This document shows positions 54,426-63,665 of a stretch of DNA of 64,000 bases, piece by piece (position 1 is the first letter of the stretch; each line of letters begins with the position of its first letter). The translations under genes were made by a program, and so were the position numbers. A model generated the notes under the pieces. The model ran no database searches, was not told where the DNA came from, and was given only the letters and a program-made list of their open reading frames with translations. Origin of the DNA: Desulfuromonadales bacterium (lineage in GTDB: Bacteria; Desulfobacterota; Desulfuromonadia; Desulfuromonadales; JAWOCM01); assembly GCA_046483795.1 (NCBI GenBank), contig JAWOCM010000080.1, forward strand, positions 27,458 to 91,457, read 5' to 3'.

Positions 54426-54929
54426 CTAGCCCGTGATCTCCTTTTCGCCCGTCCAGTCTTCGACCATGACGATGAGGGTGCGCAGGAACATCATGACGCC
54501 CATAAGCGGCAGAACGGCGTAAAAATACCACTCGGGGATCTGAAGAGTGGTGGTGAGGGCATATTCGTCATGATACATCGACATTGTTATCTGGGTGCCG
54601 AAGTAAATCATGATGACTGAAAAAAGCAGCGCCCCCACGTGGCTGAGCAGCGCCAGAGGCTTGCGCAGAATGGGGAGAAGCTGTGGAAGGGCGTCGATTC
54701 GGATCAGGGAACGGCTGCGAACTGCGGCCACGCAGCCGATATAGGTGGTGAAAAAGATCACCTTGCGAACAACCTCGTCCGACCAGTAGATATTGATATC
54801 GTTGGTCAGTTTGCGCAGCATGATGTTGGCCATGGCCGAAACCAGGGCAACAACCACGGTGAGGAAAAGCGACCACTCCTCGACAAAGGCGAAGGCGCGG
54901 TCAATAGTTTTAAAGGCTTTTTTCATCAT
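54426..54929 (-). CDS. dctQ: TRAP transporter small permease (DctQ).
   Basis: 167 aa with 4 TM segments, positioned between dctP and dctM. Confidence 0.85.
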   Translation of the reverse strand: MMKKAFKTIDRAFAFVEEWSLFLTVVVALVSAMANIMLRKLTNDINIYWSDEVVRKVIFFTTYIGCVAAVRSRSLIRIDALPQLLPILRKPLALLSHVGALLFSVIMIYFGTQITMSMYHDEYALTTTLQIPEWYFYAVLPLMGVMMFLRTLIVMVEDWTGEKEITG

Positions 54930-55009
54930 CGGCAGCCCGCATCAGGGGATAGGGCCGGGGTTTTCCCCGGCCCTGTGATTAAATCGGGCTGATTATACAG
55001 GGTCGGTGC

Positions 55010-56110
55010 TCAATTGCCAAGGGTGGTGCGAACTTTCTGCAGGTAGTCGGGGCCTATTTTTTCACCCCACTTTTCGTAAACCGGTGCGGCCAGCTCTATG
55101 AGACTCTGGCGGTCAGCCTCGCTCAAGGCGATGAATTCGACTCCGGCCTCTTTGGCCTTGGCAACCTGCTCCTTCTGCTGCTCTCGGGTCAACTCGCGCG
55201 CCTCGGCGCTCTCCTCGGCGATGACCTGTTTCAGGGTTTTTTGCAACTCCTCCGGCAGCTTGTCGAACCATCGCTTGTTGATCAGGTGAATAAAGAGGCC
55301 TTGGGCATAATTGACTTCAGTGAAGTTCTTGGCGATGTTGAACTTTCGGGTGATATTGCAGACGATAGGGGTATGGTCGAGGCCGGAAATGACGCCGGTC
55401 TGCAGCGCCTGGGGCACATCGGGCCAGGGCATGACCGTGAACTTCAGTCCCCATGCCTTGTAGATGTCGGTATTGACCGGCGCCTCTGCAATACGGAAAT
55501 TGACCGCCTTGGCATCCTTAAGAGACTTCACCGGCGTGGTGGTCGCCCAGCCGTAGGTGCCGTAGCCGGTGATATCCGCGACCATGATGCCCTTGTCCAG
55601 AGCGCTCTTGCTGAAGGGGCCCCAGAGTTCGGGGTCGTTGCGAAAGGTGTCGAGCTTGTCAAAAGTGTCGACGACGAAAGGCAGGTTGACGATGCCCAGG
55701 GTGTCGTCGACGTTGGCCGCGGCCACCGAAGAGCTCATCATCCCCTGGACGGCTCCGACCCCGAGCTTGTTGATGACGTCCTTTTCGCCACCGAGCTGGG
55801 CCAGGGGGCGGAAATCGACATAGAGGCGACCGTCGGTGAGTTCCCAGACGCGGTCGCGGATTTTGTAGCCGACCGCGATGCCTTCGATGGCTGGATGGGA
55901 GACGTTGGAGAGGATATAAGTATATTCAGCTCCGCTCGGATCGAACTGCGGTTCCCATCCGGCAAGCGGATCGCTGGAGGCCTCTTCCTCTGCTTTTTCA
56001 GCGGAGGTGGCGTTCGTCTGTTTTTCCTGAGAAGGGGGAGGAGTATCGTTTTTGCAACCGATGGTCATGACCAGCATCAAAAGGGCCATGAATAGTCCCA
56101 ATCTTTTCAT
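55010..56110 (-). CDS. dctP: TRAP transporter substrate-binding protein (DctP family), lipoprotein; copy 1.
   Basis: I prefer the ATG at 56110 with AGGAGG upstream. It has a lipobox (MKRLGLFMALLMLVMTIGC) and a DctP-like body. The tracked ORF extends to 56182. Confidence 0.88.
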   Translation of the reverse strand: MKRLGLFMALLMLVMTIGCKNDTPPPSQEKQTNATSAEKAEEEASSDPLAGWEPQFDPSGAEYTYILSNVSHPAIEGIAVGYKIRDRVWELTDGRLYVDFRPLAQLGGEKDVINKLGVGAVQGMMSSSVAAANVDDTLGIVNLPFVVDTFDKLDTFRNDPELWGPFSKSALDKGIMVADITGYGTYGWATTTPVKSLKDAKAVNFRIAEAPVNTDIYKAWGLKFTVMPWPDVPQALQTGVISGLDHTPIVCNITRKFNIAKNFTEVNYAQGLFIHLINKRWFDKLPEELQKTLKQVIAEESAEARELTREQQKEQVAKAKEAGVEFIALSEADRQSLIELAAPVYEKWGEKIGPDYLQKVRTTLGN

Positions 56111-56280
56111 ACTTTCCTCCTGGTAAGACAACGGATGGGAAACTTTCCGGCGCCGGTTTATGGCGACAATGCCGAAAGGCAATTCATCCGGACGAAAAAA
56201 AAGTTAAGTACCGGAAAACATAATGATTTATTGATTTCCCGAGAGTAGAACGGGTTTTTAGAGAGGTCAAGAATTAAAAT

Positions 56281-56310
56281 AAAAAAGCGGGGGCATGCCC
56301 CCGCTTTTTG
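56281..56310 (-). terminator. Intrinsic terminator after dctP copy 2.
   Basis: AAAAAAGCGGGGG-catg-CCCCCGCTTTTT, symmetric, so it could work in either direction. Confidence 0.65.
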
Positions 56311-56335
56311 TACGATATCTAAGATTTGTTCTGCA

Positions 56336-57418
56336 TCAGTCGTCCAAACGCTTGCGCACCTTGGCAAGGAATTCTTCTCCGATTCGTGGACGCCACTTCT
56401 CATAAACCGGCTGCGATAGCTCCAGAAGCCGCTGTCGCTCCTTTTCCGGAAGGTTCCAGAACTTCACTCCCTGCTCCCGGGCCTTTTCTATTTGCTGTTG
56501 TTGCTGCACCCGGGTCTTTTGGCGAGCCTTGGCGCTCTCTTCGGCGATGACCTCCATAAGTATGGTCTGCAGATCCTCGGGAAGCTTCTCGTACCAGGTT
56601 TTGTTCATCAGGTGAATATAGAGGCCCTGTGCATAATCGAGGCGAGTGAAGTTTTTGACCATATCGAATTTGTGCGTGATGTTGCAGACGATCGGCGTGT
56701 GATCAAGACCGCTGATAACACCTGTCTGCAGGGCCTGCGGCACGTCGGGCCAGGGCATGACAGTGAATTTCAGACCCCAGCTCTTGTAAATATCAGCGTT
56801 GACCGGAGCCTGGGCGATGCGAAAGTTGATTTTTTCGGCCTCTTTCAGAGAACGCACCGGCTCCTCGGTCGCCCACCCGTAGGAGCCGTAGCCGGTGAAG
56901 TCGACCACTTTGACCCCTTGCTTCAGGGCCGTGGATCCATATTCCCGGAATAATGTCTCGTCATTTCGAAACTGTTCGAGTTTATCGAAAGTGTCAACGA
57001 CAAATGGCAGGTTGACCAGGCCGAGACGATCGGCCACGTTGACCGCCGCCACCGAAGAACAGAGCATGCCCTGGACGGCTCCGAGCTTGAGCTTGCTCAA
57101 GACATCCTTTTCCCCACCAAGCTGTGCCAGCGGCCGGAAGTCGACATAAAGCCGGCCGTCCGATCTTTCCCACACTTCATCGCGGATATGATAACCGACT
57201 GCGATGCCGGCGATAGCCGGATGATCGATGTTCGAAAGGGTGTAGACATAGTCCGCCCCGGAAGGGTCGAAATCGGCCTTCCAGTCAGCCAGAGGTTCCT
57301 GTTCTTTTTGCTCCACCGGCTTTTCGGCGGAAGGTGGAGACGAACGTTGCTCGCAGCCTGTCATGAGAAAAATGGAAACAGACAGGGTGAAGATCGCCGG
57401 CAGGATACGAAAATTCAT
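56336..57418 (-). CDS. dctP: TRAP transporter substrate-binding protein (DctP family), lipoprotein; copy 2.
   Basis: 360 aa with a lipobox (IFLMTGC). By eye it is roughly 70% identical to copy 1, with long identical runs such as GRLYVDFRPLAQLGGEKDV and LKFTVMPWPDVPQALQTGVISGLDHTPIVCNIT. Confidence 0.88.
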   Translation of the reverse strand: MNFRILPAIFTLSVSIFLMTGCEQRSSPPSAEKPVEQKEQEPLADWKADFDPSGADYVYTLSNIDHPAIAGIAVGYHIRDEVWERSDGRLYVDFRPLAQLGGEKDVLSKLKLGAVQGMLCSSVAAVNVADRLGLVNLPFVVDTFDKLEQFRNDETLFREYGSTALKQGVKVVDFTGYGSYGWATEEPVRSLKEAEKINFRIAQAPVNADIYKSWGLKFTVMPWPDVPQALQTGVISGLDHTPIVCNITHKFDMVKNFTRLDYAQGLYIHLMNKTWYEKLPEDLQTILMEVIAEESAKARQKTRVQQQQQIEKAREQGVKFWNLPEKERQRLLELSQPVYEKWRPRIGEEFLAKVRKRLDD

Positions 57419-57444
57419 GACCGCTCTCCTGGTAAGAAAAAAAA

Positions 57445-57474
57445 TGCATTATGCCATCGCGATACGATAATGCA
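57445..57474 (-). promoter_or_regulatory. Inverted repeat in the dctP copy 2 upstream region; operator or leader hairpin.
   Basis: TGCATTAT-N14-ATAATGCA. On the minus strand it is followed by an 8-T run (57437-57444), then the RBS and ATG. Confidence 0.35.
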
Positions 57475-57561
57475 GAGGGGGGCGAGGGTCAAGGGTTTCT
57501 CACCCAAACGGCTGGAGTTTGCGCTGTCATGTGATAAAAAGGGAGAAGGGCCGGGAAAGGG

Positions 57562-57589
57562 TTGAATAATATAAAAAATCATATATATT
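57562..57589 (+). promoter_or_regulatory. Candidate sigma70 promoter of the efflux operon.
   Basis: TTGAAT (57562-57567), a 16-nt spacer, then TATATT (57584-57589). A 7-bp inverted repeat AAATCAT..ATGATTT (57576-57603) overlaps the -10 element. Confidence 0.4.
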
Positions 57590-57616
57590 CTTCTCAATGA
57601 TTTCAGGAGGAATTGA

Positions 57617-58945
57617 ATGTTAAGGATATTGATTGCCCTTGCCGTGCTGATAATGGTCCCCGGGGGGATTCGGGCGCAGACGGTGGAACTACGGGAGGCC
57701 TTGGCGGAAGCTGTCCGGGAGCGTCCTTTTGCCCGGGCAGAGCGAGCTCGTTCCGAGGCTGCCGAAGCCGCTGCCGATGCGGCAGGGGGGCGTTACCTTC
57801 CCCATCTGACCCTGCAGGAGAATTACCAGCGGACCAGTCAGCCCGGAAACGGCCTCTTTATCGCTTTGAACCAGGAGGCTTTTTCTCTGGATCCCTCGCA
57901 AAATCTTTATACGACCAGGGAAAATTTTATGACTCGCCTCTCTCTTCGTCAGCCCCTGATTAATTCGGCTATTTATTTCGGGCAGCGGCAGGCGCGCCAA
58001 GAGTCGAGGGCGGCGCAAGCCATGGCGGCCTGGAGCGAGGAGCAGGCCGCCTTTGCAGTTTTCCGCGCGTATATCGAGGTGCAGCAGGCCCGTGCAGCCA
58101 GGGAATCGGCGCAGAGTTCCCATGCAGAAGCGTCCGAAGTGTTGCGGCTGGCCCGTTTGAGCTATGAAACCGGGGTTGGACTGAGAGCCGACCAGCTGAG
58201 GGCGAAAGTGGCCTTGTCCAAAGCAGAGCGCCGCCTGTTGACGGTGCGCAACGACCTCAAGCTTGCACGGCGAGGTCTGGCGTTGGCGCTTGGACGTTCG
58301 GAAGGAGAAGTCGGGATCGCAGAAACCCTGACCCCGGATCTGTTCGCCGAGGAGGTCGGTATGATTTCGATCCAGCGCGGCGATCTGGAGGCTATGTCCC
58401 ACCGCTCCGAAGCGATGCGGGAGGCTCAGCGCGGGGCAAAAGCGGCCTATCTGCCAAAGCTCAATGCCAGCGCAGCCTACGAGATGCACGACCCCGAAAC
58501 GCCATTCGGGAACGAGGCGGACCACTGGACTGTCAATGTTGGATTGAGCTGGACCGTGTTCGACGGTTTCCAGCGAGAAAACCAACGAGCCATGGCTGCG
58601 GCCCAATTGCAGGCCAGCCGACAGGCCCATATGGAGGCCGCCCGAAAGACGCAGCTGCAGGTGGAGGAAGCCGTATTGCGCGCTGCGGAGGCCGAGTCCC
58701 ATCTGGAAACCGCTCAGAAGGCGGTCGCAGAAGCTGATGAAAGCCACCGGCTGTTGCAGCAGAGATACGAGGCGGGTCTTTCCGACCTGTCAGATCTCCT
58801 GGCGGTACGAGCTGCCCTGGATCAGGCCCGGACCGATGCGGTAGAGGCCGAGAGCCGGTTGATCCTCGCGTTGGGTAACATCCGCTTTCAGAAGGGGGTC
58901 TTTTTGCAAACCCTGCTTGGATATGAGGAGATCATCCGTGAATAG
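57617..58945 (+). CDS. TolC-family outer-membrane efflux protein.
   Basis: 442 aa with a signal peptide and two tandem OEP repeats with coiled-coil-rich sequence. AGGAGG RBS upstream. Confidence 0.86.
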   Translation: MLRILIALAVLIMVPGGIRAQTVELREALAEAVRERPFARAERARSEAAEAAADAAGGRYLPHLTLQENYQRTSQPGNGLFIALNQEAFSLDPSQNLYTTRENFMTRLSLRQPLINSAIYFGQRQARQESRAAQAMAAWSEEQAAFAVFRAYIEVQQARAARESAQSSHAEASEVLRLARLSYETGVGLRADQLRAKVALSKAERRLLTVRNDLKLARRGLALALGRSEGEVGIAETLTPDLFAEEVGMISIQRGDLEAMSHRSEAMREAQRGAKAAYLPKLNASAAYEMHDPETPFGNEADHWTVNVGLSWTVFDGFQRENQRAMAAAQLQASRQAHMEAARKTQLQVEEAVLRAAEAESHLETAQKAVAEADESHRLLQQRYEAGLSDLSDLLAVRAALDQARTDAVEAESRLILALGNIRFQKGVFLQTLLGYEEIIRE

Positions 58946-60047
58946 AGTGTCTATCATTGCCTTCCTCGTACTGGCGACCCTTTTAGTTGGCTGTGGCGAG
59001 GATATCGAGCCGGGCCAAACCAGATCCGAAGCAACCGTGGTCCGCGATCTTTCCCTTCACAAGGTGCAGGCGGAATCAGTGTCCCGGTCAGGGAGCTATG
59101 TCGGGACAGTGGAGAGCAGAGACCGGGCTGCTCTGTCCGCCCGTATCGACGGTCGGGTTGCCGAGATAGCCGTGCGCGAAGGCAAAGAGGTGAAAGCAGG
59201 CGACCTGCTGATGGTCCTGGACGACAATCAGGCCGCCGATCGCCTCGCAGAAGCCCGAAGCGCCGTCTCCGAAGCCGAGAGAGCGCTTTTCGCCGCCAGG
59301 GCTGGTCTGAGTCTGGCGGAGAAGACCTACCACCGGTATGCTCAATTGCGGGCCAAAGAGGCAGTGACGCCCCAGGAAATGGATGAAGTCGAGGCCCGAC
59401 TCGAACAGGCCAGGCAGCAGGTGGGACAGGCCAGGGCCGCTCGCTCCCGGGCTCGGTCTGCGATGGAGGCGGCCCGGATGGCCGTTTCCTGGACCCGAGT
59501 GAGGGCTCCATATGCAGCGCACGTCGTCAGGCACCAGGTGGAGGTCGGTTCCACCGTGATGCCGGGAGCACCCCTGTCGACCCTTGATCGCAAAGGCGAG
59601 TGGCAGGTTCGGGCCACTATTCCCGCGTCCCGCACCGCTCGTTTCACCCTCGGACAGGAACTCAATGTCGAATTGCCCTCCCGGGGGTTGGTACTCACCG
59701 GAACTGTGCTTGAGATCCTGCCCACTGCGGATCCTCAGAGTCGTTCCTTCGAAATCAAAATATCCCTGGAAGATGGGCCGGATCTGGCTGCAGGGCTTTT
59801 TGCCCGTGTTCATGCCCCTGCGCCAGAGGCTCCTGTCATCCTGGTGCCCTGGGAGGCGGTGGTCGAGCGGGGGCAGTTGAAAGGCCTTTACGTTGTCGAA
59901 GACGGACGCCTGCATTACCGTCTGGTGCGTGTTGGCAGACGCTTCGACGACAGAGTCGAGATTCTCTCCGGATTGAACCGCGATGAAATCATCGTCGTCG
60001 ACGGGGTCAGACGAGCGCGGCACGGTGCCCGCGTGGAGGGCGGATAA
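58917..60047 (+). CDS. RND efflux periplasmic adaptor (membrane fusion protein).
   Basis: 376 aa with a lipobox-like LLVGCG and lipoyl/hairpin/beta-barrel MFP architecture. The start is ATG at 58917 or GTG at 58938; both overlap the TolC 3' end. Confidence 0.86.
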   Translation: MDMRRSSVNRVSIIAFLVLATLLVGCGEDIEPGQTRSEATVVRDLSLHKVQAESVSRSGSYVGTVESRDRAALSARIDGRVAEIAVREGKEVKAGDLLMVLDDNQAADRLAEARSAVSEAERALFAARAGLSLAEKTYHRYAQLRAKEAVTPQEMDEVEARLEQARQQVGQARAARSRARSAMEAARMAVSWTRVRAPYAAHVVRHQVEVGSTVMPGAPLSTLDRKGEWQVRATIPASRTARFTLGQELNVELPSRGLVLTGTVLEILPTADPQSRSFEIKISLEDGPDLAAGLFARVHAPAPEAPVILVPWEAVVERGQLKGLYVVEDGRLHYRLVRVGRRFDDRVEILSGLNRDEIIVVDGVRRARHGARVEGG

Positions 60048-63000
60048 ATGGCAGAGAAGAAATATTCCCTGCCGACCCGGATCGTCGACAAGTTTCTCGA
60101 TGGCAATCTGTCGGTCATTCTCATCGTCCTGTCATTGATCGCCGGTATTGCAGCCCTCGTTCTGACTCCCCGGGAAGAGGAGCCCCAGATCGAGGTGCCC
60201 CTGGCAAACATCTATGTTCACATGCCGGGGGCGAGCGCTGAAGAGGTCGAACGCCAGGTCTCCGCCCGGCTGGAGAAGCTGCTCTGGCAGGTGGAAGGGG
60301 TGGAATATGTCTATTCCATGTCAAGGGCGGACCTTGCAGTTGTGACCGCCCGCTTCTACGTTGGTGAAAAACGCATCGAGTCCCTGGTCAAGCTTCACGA
60401 CAAACTGCAAACCAATCTTGATCAGATACCGCCTGGTGTCAGCGGGTGGGCCATAAAGCCGATCTCCGTCAATGATGTGCCGATCGTCAACCTCACCCTT
60501 TACAGTCAGGAGGCCTCCGATTATCGGCTGCGCCGGGTAGCAGAGGAAGTTGTCGACCGGCTGCAGTCGGTGAAGAACACCTCCGATACGAAGGTCATCG
60601 GAGGCCGGCCGCGGCAGATAAGGGTCGATTTCGACTCCCAGGCGCTGGCTGCCCGGGGGCTCGACATCATGGCGGTGCAGCGATCCTTGAAAGGGGCCAA
60701 CCTGGAACTGCCGGCAGGGGCCTTTCAGCAGGGCAACCGGGATGTGCTGGTGCGCGGCGGGAACTTTCTCCGCAGCGCTGAAGAGGTAGAGGACCTGGTG
60801 GTGGGTGTCGCCGCCGGGCGACCGATTTATTTGAGGGACGTGGCCCGAGTCACCGACGGTCCTGCTGAACCCGAAACCTATACCCGGCTTCGTTTCGGCC
60901 CGGCGGCGGAGGTTTCTGAGGTCTCTGTCGGCGAGGCCTTTCAGGCCGTCAATATCGCTGTGGCCAAGAAGGAGGGGACCAATGCCGTAAACGTCGCTGA
61001 GGAGGTGATCTCCGCTGTCCGAGAGATGGAGGGGAGCATCATCCCCGGGGACATCGAGGTTCGGGTCACCCGAGACTACGGCGAAACCGCCAACCACAAG
61101 GTCAACGAACTCATCACCCACCTGGTGATCGCGGTCGTTACCGTCCTCGCCCTTATCTATTTTGCCCTGGGTTGGCGCGAGGCTCTGATCGTCGCTGTTT
61201 CGATTCCGATCATCTATGCGCTGACCCTGTTGGTGAACTACTGGTTCGGCTACACCATCAATCGGGTGACCCTCTTTGCCCTGGTGCTCTCACTGGGCTT
61301 GCTGGTCGACGATCCCATCGTCGATGTGGAGAATATCTACCGTCACTTCAAGATGAAGAAGGAGCCGCCGCGCGATGCGGTCCTCACTGCCGTAGACGAA
61401 GTCCGTCCGCCCATCATCATAGCGACCCTGGCTGTTATTTTCTCCTTTTTGCCGATGCTCTTCATTACCGGCATGATGGGCCCCTATATGCGGCCGATGG
61501 CAGCCAACCTGCCGGTCGCCATGATCATGTCGCTTCTGGTCGCCTTCACCGTCACTCCCTGGATGACTTACCATATCCTGCGAGGACAGTACAAAGAGGT
61601 TGGGGACGAGGAAGAAGGATTTGTGCTGGAGAAAACCAGGGTCTATCGGGTTTACCGACGGATGCTGGAGCCTTTTATTGAATCCCGGCGCAAGGCGTGG
61701 CTGCTGGTCGGTGTCGTGGTCGTGCTTCTGCTCGGTTCCATGGCTCTTCCGGCGCTGAATCTGGTTCCCCTGAAGATGCTTCCCTTCGACAACAAGAACG
61801 AGTTCCAGCTGGTTATCGACCTGCCGGAAGGCACGACCCTGGAGGAGACCGACGCAGCTGTGAGGGACTTTGAGGATTATCTGGCGACGGTTAACGAAGT
61901 GACCGATTATGAGGCCTATGTAGGCACCGCCAGCGCCATGGATTTCAACGGCATGGTCCGGAACTACTATCTGCGCAGCGGACCCAACGTCGCCGATATC
62001 CGCGTCAACCTGGCGGGGAAGGGACGACGGGCTATGCAGAGCCACCCGATGACCCTTCGATTGCGCGACGACTTGACTCAAATCGCCTCCGAGAACAATG
62101 TCAATCTCAAAATTGTGGAGGTTCCGCCCGGACCGCCTGTTCTTTCCACCCTGGTCGCCGAGGTTTATGCCGAGCCGGGTGTCTCTTACGAGGAGCAGAT
62201 CGCCGCCGCCATGCAGATCAAGAAGCGCATGAGTTCCGAGGACAAAGTGGTCGATGTTGATGATTACGTGGAAGCGCCACAACGTCGTCTGACCTTCGTT
62301 CCCGATCGGGAAAAGGCGGCTCTGTCAGGAGTGAGCGACGCCGACATTGCCCGTACGCTCTCCATCGCCCTGGGGGGAAAAGCCGTGGGAACGGTGCACA
62401 GTGACACCGAGCGCAACCCGCTGGAGATCGTTCTGCGCCTGCCGATAGAGGATCGTTCCTCTCCGGCGTCACTGGAAGCGCTGACGGTCAAGGGGGCAGG
62501 AGGCCAGTCGGTACGCCTTTCGGAGCTCGGCTCTTTTGTGGAGGAGACTCTGGACCCGACGATCTACCACAAAAATCTCGAGCGGGTGGTTTATGTCCTT
62601 GGCGAGATGGCCGGAAAAAGCCCGGTCAATGCGATTCTCAACCTCTCCAGCCACTTCAACGACAACCCCCTGCCTGAGGGGACCAGCGTCGTTTGGAGGG
62701 GCGAAGGGGAGTGGAAAATCACTCTGACCGTCTTTCGGGACCTGGGCATCGCCTTCGGAGCTGCTCTGGTGCTCATATATATTCTGCTGCTCATCGAGAC
62801 CAACTCTCCGGTTATGCCCCTGATCATTATGGCTGCCATTCCCCTGACCATGATCGGAATCATGCCCGGCTTCTGGCTGCTTAACGTTATCGCCGACCAA
62901 CCGGTGGGGGGGTACGGCACACCCGTTTTCTTTACCGCCACGGCAATGATCGGCATGATAGCCCTGGCGGGAATCGTGGTCCGCAATTCGATCATCCTTA

Positions 63001-63278
63001 TAGACTTCATCCATCACTCCCTGCGTCGCGGCCAGCCGCTCAAGGAGGCCATCATCGAGAGCGGTGCAGTTCGTATCCGGCCTATCCTGCTGACCGCCGG
63101 CGCGGCGCTGCTCGGTAACTGGGTTATCACCCTCGATCCGATCTTCAGCGGCCTGGCCTGGGCCATTATCTTCGGGGTTTTCGCTTCGACTCCTTTTACC
63201 CTGATCGTTATTCCCGTCGTCTATTGGCTCATTTACGGCAAAAAGGCCGATGAGCACCAAAGGAGGTTTCAGCAATGA
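60048..63278 (+). CDS. RND efflux permease (AcrB/HAE-type).
   Basis: 1076 aa with 12-TM topology and two large periplasmic loops. The TM4 motif GLLVDDPIVDVEN resembles the AcrB-type proton relay (GLLVDDAIVVVEN) rather than the CzcA-type. Confidence 0.93.
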   Translation: MAEKKYSLPTRIVDKFLDGNLSVILIVLSLIAGIAALVLTPREEEPQIEVPLANIYVHMPGASAEEVERQVSARLEKLLWQVEGVEYVYSMSRADLAVVTARFYVGEKRIESLVKLHDKLQTNLDQIPPGVSGWAIKPISVNDVPIVNLTLYSQEASDYRLRRVAEEVVDRLQSVKNTSDTKVIGGRPRQIRVDFDSQALAARGLDIMAVQRSLKGANLELPAGAFQQGNRDVLVRGGNFLRSAEEVEDLVVGVAAGRPIYLRDVARVTDGPAEPETYTRLRFGPAAEVSEVSVGEAFQAVNIAVAKKEGTNAVNVAEEVISAVREMEGSIIPGDIEVRVTRDYGETANHKVNELITHLVIAVVTVLALIYFALGWREALIVAVSIPIIYALTLLVNYWFGYTINRVTLFALVLSLGLLVDDPIVDVENIYRHFKMKKEPPRDAVLTAVDEVRPPIIIATLAVIFSFLPMLFITGMMGPYMRPMAANLPVAMIMSLLVAFTVTPWMTYHILRGQYKEVGDEEEGFVLEKTRVYRVYRRMLEPFIESRRKAWLLVGVVVVLLLGSMALPALNLVPLKMLPFDNKNEFQLVIDLPEGTTLEETDAAVRDFEDYLATVNEVTDYEAYVGTASAMDFNGMVRNYYLRSGPNVADIRVNLAGKGRRAMQSHPMTLRLRDDLTQIASENNVNLKIVEVPPGPPVLSTLVAEVYAEPGVSYEEQIAAAMQIKKRMSSEDKVVDVDDYVEAPQRRLTFVPDREKAALSGVSDADIARTLSIALGGKAVGTVHSDTERNPLEIVLRLPIEDRSSPASLEALTVKGAGGQSVRLSELGSFVEETLDPTIYHKNLERVVYVLGEMAGKSPVNAILNLSSHFNDNPLPEGTSVVWRGEGEWKITLTVFRDLGIAFGAALVLIYILLLIETNSPVMPLIIMAAIPLTMIGIMPGFWLLNVIADQPVGGYGTPVFFTATAMIGMIALAGIVVRNSIILIDFIHHSLRRGQPLKEAIIESGAVRIRPILLTAGAALLGNWVITLDPIFSGLAWAIIFGVFASTPFTLIVIPVVYWLIYGKKADEHQRRFQQ

Positions 63279-63466
63279 CTGTCAATCGCTACCTTCGGCT
63301 TATTGCCGGCTGCGTCGTTACTCTCAGCGTTTTGCTCGCCTACATCCACTCCGGTTACTGGTTGTTCCTGACCGCTTTTGTCGGCATCAACCTGGTCCAG
63401 AGCGCCTTTACGGACTGGTGTCCGATGATGACCGTTTTGCGCAAACTGGGCGTTCCAGAGAGATAG
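63275..63466 (+). CDS. DUF2892 (YgaP-like) small inner-membrane protein.
   Basis: 63 aa with two TM segments and the conserved DWCP..LRKLGV block. Its ATG overlaps the RND stop (ATGA), and AGGAGG lies 8 nt upstream inside the RND 3' end. Confidence 0.75.
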   Translation: MTVNRYLRLIAGCVVTLSVLLAYIHSGYWLFLTAFVGINLVQSAFTDWCPMMTVLRKLGVPER

Positions 63467-63504
63467 GAACTCCTGAAGAAATCCAGGTTATATTGGTCCC
63501 AAGA

Positions 63505-63538
63505 ACGCAAAAACCCCGGCTAGCCGGGGTTTTTGCGT
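63505..63538. terminator. Strong bidirectional terminator.
   Basis: ACGCAAAAACCCCGGC-ta-GCCGGGGTTTTTGCGT, a perfect 16-bp inverted repeat. Confidence 0.72.
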
Positions 63539-63665
63539 TTGAGCCTATGTTGACAGCCCCTGCAGCTGGCGGTATCTTTGTAGTATCAGGAAGAATTATT
63601 TTCTGAATCTTGTATCGGAGGGAAAAAATCGGACATGAGGACTTGTCTCAGGAAAGGAGACGAAG

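Noticed and set aside
57689-63275. Series of long minus-strand ORFs: 57689-58747, 59088-60023, 60321-61121, 61290-62282 and 62469-63275.
   Set aside because: All lie antisense to the TolC/MFP/RND genes, which have strong family signatures. The antisense products have no membrane or domain logic.
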